DNA of 64,000 bases, from NCBI RefSeq assembly GCF_009914755.1, contig NC_060926.1. One strand, 5' to 3'. This DNA is from the human T2T-CHM13v2.0 reference genome, Homo sapiens. Below are positions 17,468 to 27,772 of the stretch, one piece after another (position 1 is the stretch's first letter; each line of letters starts with the position of its first letter). Made by a program: the position numbers and the translations under genes. A model generated the notes under the pieces. The model was given only the letters and a program-made list of their open reading frames with translations. It was not told the DNA's origin and made no database searches.

Positions 17468-17963
17468 ATTTTCACATTATGGCACCAAAAGTGAAAAAAG
17501 TTCTTGCCCCTCCCAAAGCTGAAGCCAAAGCGAATGCTTTGAAGGCCAGGAAGGCAGTGCTTAAAGGTGTCCACAGCCACAAAAAGAAGATCCAATCCAC
17601 ACATCACCCACCTGCCAGTGGCCCAAGACAGTGTGGCTCTGCAGGCAGCAGAAATATGCTTGGAAGAGCACTCCCAGGAGAAACAAGCTTGACCAATAAT
17701 TCATCATCAGGTTCCCCCAACCACTGAGTCAGCCATGAAGAAGATAGAAGACAACAACACAACTTGTGTCCATTGTGGATGTCAAAGCCAACAAGCACCA
17801 GATCAAACAGGCTGTGAAGAAGCTCAGTGACACTGCTGTGGCCAAAGCCAACACCCTGATCAGGCCTGATGGAGAGAAGAAGGCATATTGGGATCATCTA
17901 AACTGAATCCAGCTAGTTGATTCTATGTATATGTCTTTTCACCATTTAAAACCAAAACAAAAG
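17468..17963 (+). pseudogene. Processed pseudogene of ribosomal protein L23a (RPL23A)
   Basis: ATG at 17479 gives [38 protein letters not shown]. Later frames contain [43 protein letters not shown] and GII*. Intronless with frameshifts, a degraded A-tail and TSD cataggtcctc (17457-17467 and 17964-17974). Confidence 0.96.
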
Positions 17964-18069
17964 CATAGGTCCTCTGACCCTTCTGCACATCCACACCCAG
18001 GCAGACAGAAACAGTTCCATACTCTTTTCACCATGTGTCTGAGGCTCTCTTCTCATACAGAGAGGAAAT

Positions 18070-18880
18070 GCATGAGGCAATGAAGAGCACTGACCATAAA
18101 GTCAAGACATAGCTGGGTTTAAACCTGTCTCTGCCACTCACAGGCTATGTGACTTTGGGCAAATTCCTAATTTCCCTGGGTCTTTGTTTCCTTGTCTATA
18201 AAATGGTGAAGCCTACTTGAGAGGGTTATGATGGGTATCACATGGGGTGTATGATTTTCTGTGTTGCTAATTTTAAAAATATCATAAGTTAACCCTTTTA
18301 AAACGCCACTAATTATTAATCTCACAGTTTCTGTGGGTTAGGAGTCCCACTCAGGATGCCTGGGTTCTCAGTTCGGGGTTTTAGGCAACTAAAATCAAGG
18401 CTTTGTCTGGGTCTATGATCTCACCCCTGAGGCTTATGCTCCTCCTTCAAGCTCTTTCAGTATGTTGGCAGAGTTCAGTTCCTTGTGGTTGTAGGACTGA
18501 GGCCCCTGTTACCTTGCCGCTGTCAACTGGAGACCACCCTCAGCAACTAGAGGCTGCGTGCGTCCTCTGCCATGTGGTCCCCTCCATTTTCAAGCCAGTA
18601 GTGGTGCGTCAGATCCCTCTTATATTTTGAATCTCTGCCTTCCATATGTCTTCTGCTAGTCACAGATTTAAAGCCTCCCTGTCTTAAAGTCATCTGTGCC
18701 ATATAACAAAACCTGTTTACCAGAATGAAATCCATCACATTCACAATCCTGGGGATTACGCAGAAGGTGGAGAATCTTGGGGGTCACGTTAGAATTCTGC
18801 CTACTACGTGGGATAATGTCAGTGAATTGTCCAGCATAAGGTCTGGCATATGGTAAGAATTTGATCATTTTTAGCTATCA
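18070..18880. mobile_element. MIR interrupted by an MLT1 (MaLR) LTR (~18248-18808)
   Basis: MIR core at 18110-18210 resumes after 18808. The insert has MLT1 motifs ctcacagtttctgtgggttaggagtcc, cagttccttgtggttgtaggactgagg and terminal agaattctgcctac. Confidence 0.7.
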
Positions 18881-19399
18881 GCAGCAACATCCCTAGAGAA
18901 AAAGAGGAGATTTTTAAATTAAAAGCAGAGTCAATATTGATACCATCATATGTACCCCAGTAAACAGTCCCTTAACCTCGGTAACTTGGCTAGAGTTCCC
19001 AAAGTTTAAGGCCACCCCATTAATGGACTGTCATCCCCTGTGGTTGTATCTTCTTGGTACCAGCACAACCAGCTGAACCAACCTCATCTCAGCTGAACTC
19101 CCCACAAGAGAGATGAGGGAGTTTTCCAGGCCCAGGCCAACATAGCTCGGGTGATCAGAGCCCCCGAGAAGACAATAAAGTCAGTGCTGGTGAGCGACAC
19201 AGGAATTGGGGACTGAGGTCACCAAGGCCTTCCATTCCGCACGAGCAAGCTCACCCGTCCCTCCTGGGCCTTTTCCTTATGGGGTTTAGAAGTAGAGCTG
19301 TGAAGAGAAAAGCAAATCATATAAATAACGTGGAATTATTGGATCCTTGAACCCTTTTGAAAAGTATCTTAAAGGGATTTGGTTTGTTTTTCCTTACAG

Positions 19400-19442
19400 A
19401 AGAGAGAGCAACAGAGATGGGGAGGAATCCAGCTCTGCCTGA
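19400..19442 (+). CDS. BABAM2: BABAM2 alternative exon A, coding part: (K)RESNRDGEESSSA*; exon ends at 19471 or 19687
   Basis: Strong acceptor tttgtttttccttacag, in frame with the phase-2 donor at 7811, giving 13 new residues then TGA. The peptide matches a short BRE isoform C-terminus as I recall it. Candidate donors TAG|gtcagt (19471) and CAG|gtaaat (19687). Confidence 0.8.
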
Positions 19443-19885
19443 CATCCAGGCATCCTCTCCAAATTGCATAGGTCAGTGAGAACGTGTTATTTATTAGAAC
19501 CTGACATCTGTTGCAGTGAAATGATAAGCTCCATTGAAAAGCCTGGCCATCAATTACTGCCAATACAGCCCTCATCCCAGAGGAAGCCACTCACCATCCT
19601 CTCAGCCTGTGCAGACCAGGCTGCACCAGGCACGGAGTGTTTACAGCCCAGCTCAGTCTCCTGGCTCCCCTGGGGGAGGGGCAGCAGGTAAATCCCTTCT
19701 GCAGGTCCCCTCAGGCCATCTCTCCCCAGGCCCTCCATCTGTATTCCTTTGGTTCCACTGGAAGCTTCTCTGAGAGCAGTTTTAAAGACTGCACCCCCTG
19801 TTTATCCTGCTTTCTCAGTGGAAAACAGTTAGGGCTTTTGTTCTGGCCTCAGTCACACAAGCCAGAAGAAGCTGCACTGAACTCA

Positions 19886-20223
<338 letters not shown>

Positions 20224-20297
20224 AGAGTAACTGGAAGGTCAGCACATCTTTGTCAGGAAAATTAACTCAGGTGTGCCCTTTCAAGAACAATTGAGTG

Positions 20298-20610
<313 letters not shown>

Positions 20611-21686
20611 TCAAGCTTGGGTTCCAATTACCCCGCCAGCCACTGGGGAAGTGTTTGGGATCACCAAGGAGAGCAACTTCCTTGCTTGTGAGTTAGGGTC
20701 ACGTATTCTCTTTCCTGGAAAAATAGACAGGTGTCCTATAGAGTTAGAAAGGAAAGGGTAGAGGAGCTGGTTTGGGATTTTTATGATAAACCATAGTAGG
20801 AACATATGCTATTAATGGAATCAGAGTTCCTTTTGAACAGCTGGGGGAAGAAACGTACAGTAAGTCAAGAAAAAGCAAAGGATAGTGGCCTGGGAGTCAA
20901 GTGACCTGGGTCTCATCTAGGGACCATTATTAATTTCCTTCGTGATCATGGAAAAGACACGTCACCTTTCTGGACTTCAGTACCTTCCTCTGAAAGTACT
21001 GGGCTAGTACCCACCTGGTAATCACTAAGCTCTAATATATTTCTGGAATTTTAAGTGAAAATTGTTTAAGGTAGCTGAGCATACTTTTTTATTCATGTTG
21101 AGAAACTTCCATCTCTGTTGCCGGAGGTCAGACACAAATTGAAAACATTACTAAATGGAATTAAGTACACCGTGTACGTGAGGCCTTTTTGTACAGCTCG
21201 TATCTGATATTTATAGAACACTTCAGTTGCAGAACGTGCACACATATGCCCTGAACACACACCCAATAAAATAATTCTAGATGCAATACATTTTCAGATG
21301 TCAAGTTAAAACAGCTTCTTAGGAATTAGGCTTGACTGTTCAGATGTGTGTGTTAGTTTATGACAGGTGCCGCCAGGGCTGCTCAGGGCTGTCATGAGTG
21401 ATGTGGAGTCCAGCCAAGGCAGGAGGGCCAAGCCGCTTGTTTCTATCACTTCTCATTAAGGCATGAATTCTAGAAAAAAGGGAAGCATCAAAGAACCATC
21501 AGGATTGTCCGTTGTGTGCATATCATAATGACAAGCAGAGGCCTTGCTTCTGCAGAAACAAGATTCTGTCTTGTCTTTTGTCAGATCATTCAGCACAAGG
21601 GCCACCTGTGAAAATGAACTAGATTCATGCCTTATTAAAGTAGAGGATTTACAGAGGTGAGCAAAAATGGGAAGCAGGTACCATCC

Positions 21687-21925
21687 AGCTCATTATATAC
21701 AGAGTATGTACAAAGCACTGGAGACTACCACACACACGTATTTTGAAGAGCCCCAACTCAAAGCCTACTGATTGATTTCTGGAATGGTCTGTCACTCCTT
21801 GAGATTCCATTCTGACAATGAGGCTATCTATGGCATTAACTACTCAGAAGACTGAGTACAACTCAGAATTACAAAGCAGGAAGTTACGTAGTTCTTCTAA
21901 AAATCAAAACCAAAATTTAGAAAAC
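21687..21925 (+). repeat. Copy 1 of a ~240-bp local direct repeat
   Basis: Aligns to 23059-23294 at roughly 85-90% identity by eye, including a 37-bp identical stretch ccaactcaaagcctactgattgatttctggaatggtc. Confidence 0.95.
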
Positions 21926-23058
21926 TCACTGGGGCAGTTACCTCTACTCCACTGTCCTGCAAAATCCACAACCAACAGCAGAGATAAGTTGGGTGACTAA
22001 GTAGGAATGCATCCTGGGAAGTTAAGTGTGACAGTGGGGGCCAGTCACAGAACATGGAACATGGAAGGAACTTTAGAGATCATCTAGTACTGCCAGGTCT
22101 AAATATGGTAAGCATTAACTATTGTGATAGACATTCAATGAAATAATCGATATAGACCTTTAAGCACAGTGATTGGCATAGAGTTGACTTTCAGTTCATC
22201 ATTTTCATTTCCTAGAAGAATTTGTGCAAGGCATACAGTATCAAGATTAGAACCCTATGCCCCTGATTACTGGTCCAAAGCCCAGCCCAAGCCACCTCTG
22301 ACCTCCTACGTTTCCCCTCTTTCCTGCTCCCTTGCTCACAGGAGCAGCACAGAATCATCAAGGGCAGGAGTTTAGCCTGCACCACGTACACATCCACCTA
22401 CCCGTGGAGTGGCCTGGCATGGGTGCCTTCTTCCTAGTGGCTCACCCAGGAGGCTGAAGGCCTCTGTGCCCATGGGGAAAACCCAGGGTGTTTGTGAGCA
22501 GAAATAACCCTGCTGAGAGTCTAAAAACCAAGTACTTTTAAGAGAAGGTAACATGCTTCTGTGGCCAAACTTATTACTAGCGTCTATGGGCAAAAGAGAA
22601 GAAGGAGTATTGTAATGGAATGCGCCAAAGGAAAGACATCACTTTACTGCTATCTCCAAAGCAGCAGGGAGGCTGCACATTGAGAAGAGGATAGAAAATT
22701 CCAGTGACTCCTATTTTCCCAGACAGACAGAACCTCTGGCACTTAGTCATGCCTAATGGAAAATCGAAGCCAAGAAAGCAGAAATGGGGTGGGGGTGAGC
22801 TAGGGTAGTCTGTAATCCAAAGTCACTTCTGAGGAAAAAAAGTAGTTTGTTTGTCTCCTTGTGTGCCATGAGTGGGCAGGGCTGAGTTGCCAGGTAGCGG
22901 GGCCTTGACACTCGGAAGAACAGCCTTTAGAGCAGCCATGATTGTGAGAATTGGGCAGAACAGTGGTTTCCTAGTTGATCCAGAAGCAACTAGTAAGCCT
23001 ACAGTCTGTGTGTAGCTGCAGTTAAGTTACTGCTAAATCTCTTCAGCAAACGTGTAAG

Positions 23059-23294
23059 AGCTCACTATATGCAGAATATGTACAAAGCACTGAAGACTAA
23101 CACACACACATTTTGAAGAGCACCAACTCAAAGCCTACTGATTGATTTCTGGAATGGTCCATCGCTGCTTGAGATTACATTCTGACAGTGAGGCTGTCCA
23201 CGGCATTAACTACTCAGCAGACTGAGTACAGTCCGAATTGCAAAGCAGGAAGCTATGTAGTTCTTCTAACAATCAAAATCAAAATGTAGAAAAC
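23059..23294 (+). repeat. Copy 2 of the ~240-bp local direct repeat
   Basis: Aligns to 21687-21925 with an offset of ~1370 bp. Confidence 0.95.
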
Positions 23295-23489
23295 CCCAGT
23301 TTTGCATTATTGATCATTTGGGAGACTGGATAATCCTTAAACTGTCATTATTCCAGGTATCCAGAAAAGTGAGCATTACAGGAACGTGCATATAAGGGCA
23401 AGATCACGTATTTTCTCAGAATAAACAATGGGTCACCCAGTGCCTCCTAATCACCTTACAGACAATAAGAATTGTAAAATGTATTGAAT

Positions 23490-24260
23490 AATTATAGTAC
23501 ACCAGCATAGCTCTAAGTGCTTTATGTTTTTTAATTTCTGTAATTCTCGTAACAACCTTATGAGCTAGGTACTGCTATTACACCTATTTTACGGGTTATG
23601 AAATTGAGACCCTGCAAAAGGAAGGGACGTATTCAAGGTCACAGAGTCACTTAGTGTAGGAACTGAGCATATACCTTGGCTTTCCCAACTTTTAGATTGG
23701 TTTCATACTGCACCACCTCTTTTCCTCAGATTAAGGTCTGAGTTATCCCAAATTCACCAGGCAGCTGAGCTCAGCTCTCTGTTTAGAACTGCAGGGTCTA
23801 GGCTGTTTGCCTTGGTTGACACTCAGGTTTGGCATGCCCCAGTGTGGATTTGTAGTGGCTAACATTTAATTAGATTTTGCCCAGATCACTAGCCTAGATC
23901 ACTTTTCCCATTCATTCATTCAGCAGATGTTTATTGAATTCAAACTAGGTGTTAGGTACGATGTTAAGTGATGTGTAAGATACAGTCCCTGCTTTCGGTG
24001 AACTAGAGGAGGGATGAGAATTGCACATAGATTCTTCTCTTTAAGGTGGCAACGTGCAGGGAAAGAGCACTAGGAGTCGAGGAAAGAAGATTATGTCTGT
24101 TTACTGGGACCCAGGAAGCTGAAATTGGAGGCTGGGTAGGATTTGATGTGCAGAGAGGGGAGGACACTCCTCCAGAGGAAACAGAGTGCACAAAGGCCCA
24201 GAAGATGGGAAGCATGGGGGTTCCAGGAGGTATGCCGGTGTCCACTGAAGACAAGAGCAG
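23490..24260. mobile_element. MIR (~23490-23720) and L2 (~23907-24260) fragments
   Basis: MIR-like aacaaccttatgagctaggtactgctattacacctattttac and L2-like cattcattcattcagcagatgtttattgaa. Confidence 0.6.
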
Positions 24261-24270
24261 TAGATAAGGC

Positions 24271-24462
24271 AGGAAAGAAAAGAAAAGAGAAAAGAAGGAA
24301 GGTGGGGAGGGAGGGAAAAGAAAGAAAGGAAAGAGAGAAGGAGAGAGAAGAAAGAAAGGGAAGGGGAGGGGAGGGGAAAGGGGGGAGGGAAGGAAGGAAG
24401 GAGAGGAGAGGGGAGAGGAGGGGAAAAGGGGAAGGGAAGGGAGAGAAGGAGAGGGGAGGAGA
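24271..24462. repeat. GA-rich polypurine low-complexity tract
   Basis: 192 nt with a single pyrimidine (T24303). Confidence 0.95.
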
Positions 24463-24730
24463 TATGCAGGGTACAGAGAACATGCCCTCTGGAATCAGAC
24501 CAGCTGGAATTCAAGTCCTTGTTCAACCACTGTCTAGTAGAGTTTTTTGTTTGTTTGTTTGTTTGTTTGTTTTTAAATCTCTGTGGGCCTTGGCTTTCTC
24601 ACAGAGGATTGTGAGTGTTAAATGCTGAAATGATTGTAAAATGCCTGGCACATTGTTGGTGTTCACCATGCTAAAACATTTTATCTTTTTTTTTTCTGTA
24701 GGCAGTAAGGTATTTCTTTGTGTGTGTGGT

Positions 24731-25086
24731 TCTTTTTTCTTTTCTTTTCTTTTCTTTTCTTTTCTTTTCTTTTCTTTTCGAGACAGAGTCTCACTCTGTT
24801 GCCAGGCTGGAGTACAGTGGCACAATCATAGCTCACTGCAGACTTGAATTCCTGGGCTCAAGCAATCCTCCCACCTCAGCCTCCCAAGTAACCAGGATTA
24901 CAGGTCCATGCAACAGCACTGGGCTGATTTTTTATTTATTTATTTATTTATTTTTTATTTTTTTTTTTAGAGGTGGAGTCTCACTATGTTGCCCAGGCTG
25001 GTCTTTAACTCCTGGGCTCAATCAATCCTCCCATCTTGACCTCACAAAGTGCAGGGATTACAGGCATAAGCCGCCTCACCCAGCCA
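24731..25086 (-). mobile_element. AluJ-like element with (TTTTC)n tail
   Basis: AluJ diagnostics atcatagctcactgcag..cctgggctcaagcaatcctccc and an expanded linker. Confidence 0.9.
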
Positions 25087-25316
25087 GGTTTTTTGTCAGT
25101 TTACAAATTACATATTGGTATAATGATCTGCTTTGGTGTTGATATGTAAATCATAATAGATCCTTCTTGGCCTTGGAAATATTAATAAACACAGTCAAAA
25201 ACTAAGGGTCATGCTCATGGAACACTATAAAGGAATGTTTGGCTTGGGTTCTTTCACCCCTTCTTTGCCGCCTCCATGTCCAGGGCTTTTAGAGACCCCA
25301 CTCTGGATCTTCAGAG

Positions 25317-25485
25317 TTAGGATTGCCAGATTTAGCAATTAAAAATGCAACATGTCCAGTTACACTTAAATTTCAAATAAACAACAAATAATTTAGTGTA
25401 AGTATGCCCCATGCAGTATTGAGGACATACTTATACTAAAAAGTCATTTATCTGACATTCAGATTTAACAAGGCATCCTGTATTG
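25317..25485. mobile_element. MER53 palindromic MITE
   Basis: Starts taggattgccagatttagcaa, with central agtgtaagtatgcccc..ggacatacttatact and self-complementary arms. Confidence 0.8.
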
Positions 25486-25666
25486 AGGAGCAGGTCAGGA
25501 ATCAGCCAGAACAAACCTGTTCCCCATATTTGGGGAAGGAGGCTCACCTGCCTGCTAGCCTTGTCTCTCGGGTGATAAAGGCTCCACGCAGCAGGCTTTG
25601 AGCAGGGCCTTCAAATCACTTCCTGGGTAGAGACATCAAATCTAATGGGTCCCACTGTGCATGTTT

Positions 25667-25746
25667 GGGAGTGGGAGTGGGAGTGGAAATGGGGGTGGGA
25701 GTGGGGGTGGGGGTGGGGGTGGGGGTGGGGGTGGGAGTCGGGGGTG
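25667..25746 (+). repeat. (GGGRGT)n G-rich hexamer repeat
   Basis: About 13 units of GGGAGT/GGGGGT. Confidence 0.95.
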
Positions 25747-27550
25747 AAGCAAGGAAGAATGTCTTACCCCAGCCTTCACATATCCTCAGCCCCCTCTGTC
25801 TGGGCAAGAACACACATCAGCCTTTCCCTCCTCCAACTTAAAGGCCTTATGGGGGATTTTCTTTGCTTTCTTCAGAACATTCCCACAGTCAATTGGTAGA
25901 ATGAAGACAGCCTTTGTGGTCTGATAACATGTCTCATAGAATACGAGCACGTCTCAGGGCAGAGCATCCTCTTCAAGTTTCTTCCAGGAACATTGCTCAC
26001 AGCGGGAACTTGAGTTGTCCCTTGTGGGGAGATGCGTGTGTGAGTGACTTGACACAGCCACCCACACGTGATGGGAACAGATTCAGTGCACTGTGCCCTG
26101 GCAATCCAAGGATCATGGATATCGAAGCCAGAAAGATAATCTCGCTGCTTCACTTTAGAAATGAAACAAGGGAGAATTCTGCCCAAGGTCACAGATTTTG
26201 AGTCTGAATTCAGGTCTAGGTGTCTGTCTACTACTTTGGGCTCTCCAGTAATAGCTCAGGGGATCTGAGTATTCTTGGCACCCTTGTTGGTTGGTTTCTG
26301 GGCATTTTCACTGGATTACCTGATGAGTATCCCCCAGACCCCCACTTGGCTGCATGTCCTTCGGCACTGCCGTGCTCAGCTTTATGCTTTGACCCTCCTC
26401 TCCTAACAGCGAGCAGGACCACTGCTGCTAGGAGCTAATGGCACTTTCTCTACCAGCCGGCTCATGGCCGTCCCCATTAGTGCCTCCTCACTGCTTTCTT
26501 TGCCCCACCCTGACTAAGCGTCCTGCGGTTGAGATGGAAAAATCCAACTCAGAGCAGATAGCTTTTCACTTTGGTTTCAGGGGAATAATTCATCCACATA
26601 ACATGAGGTAAAAATTAAAACAAAGCAGGGCGTAGGTTCAAGCAGAATAGCACCCTTGGGCTTAAGAGTGACTTTGACCTATTCCTCCCAGACTAGAAAA
26701 ATTATCTGGCTGCCAGAGAGTTCTTAGAGGAATCACTTTGTTCAATGGTGTCACTGGCAAGGTGGTATTAACCCTAAGACCAGCTTCATCTGAACACTGA
26801 AGGCAAACCTGACTGTGCAGGCAGGGCCAGCCCACATGGAAGCCCAGGGCAGCGATCATGGGATCTTCCACTCTTTTTATTTTCTTATTCTTGCCACAAC
26901 CTGTCATGAGACCAAGAAAACTTGTTTTGAAAATGCTTGACAGCCAAAACAACCTGTTCTCAGCCCTGGATGAGAGGGCTTGTCCTCTCTGACCACTTAC
27001 GTACTGTTAGAGGTTTGACTAGCTGCTGACTGGAAAACATGAATTTGCTGTTTTCTTCTCATATTGTTCACAGACAAGTGCCAGTGGCTTTCCAGTTCCT
27101 GTTTCTCCCCTTTTCCCAGCCTTTTCTTCACCAGAGACGTTTTAAGATTGTGCCTGAGTCTAACTGATGAATGAACACTAGCAGCATACACTTAAGAGGC
27201 TGTAACCGATGGTTATATCTCTGCAGGCTGAGCTTGATATGTAGGTTGTCTTTCCAATCCCATTTGATTTTAACCTGTAGATTTAAACTGTGGATAGATT
27301 TTAACTCCTGATTTTCCACCTGCTTTTTGGTCCTCTCTGGTGAAGTTGGACGTGTTAGTCAATCTCTAGTTATCCAAGCAGCGATTTTGGCCTCTGCCTT
27401 GGTGGCCCTGAGGCCGGCAGTAGTATCTCTGTTCCTCCCACCAAGCCTTGCAAGTCGGGTCTTGGTCTTGGGTGGACCTCCAAATGACCCTGACTGTGAA
27501 GGAGCGACCTCATCTCTTCTCCTCTGTACAAGGAAGGGCTGGACTAGATA

Positions 27551-27772
27551 AGGGTTGGGCAAACAACAGCCTGAGGGCAAAGCTATCCAGCTGCCTGTTT
27601 TTATAAATAAAGTTTTATTGGAACACAGCCATACCCTTTGATTTACATATCATGTATGGCTGTTATCACTCCAAGGCCAGAGTTGAATTGTTATAATAGA
27701 ATACAGGTATGGTCTTGGAAGCTGCAAATATTGATTATCTGGTCCTTTACAGAAAGAGTTTGCTGATCCCTG
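27551..27772. mobile_element. MER58A-like MITE inserted in a MIR remnant
   Basis: Ends agggttgggcaaac and gtttgctgatccctg form terminal inverted repeats, flanked by repeated actagata. Confidence 0.8.

Noticed and set aside
21687-23294. Direct repeats as LTRs of a retroelement, or as paired C/D-box snoRNAs
   Set aside because: No TG..CA ends, TSD, primer-binding site or coding remnants. The C-box-like TGATTGA is non-consensus and I see no terminal stem.
24091-24628. Long Ser/Pro/Leu/Phe- or Arg/Glu/Gly-rich ORFs
   Set aside because: Artefacts of the stop-free polypurine tract.
25616-25899. PTPTPT and WGWGWG repeat proteins
   Set aside because: Translations of the (GGGRGT)n repeat.
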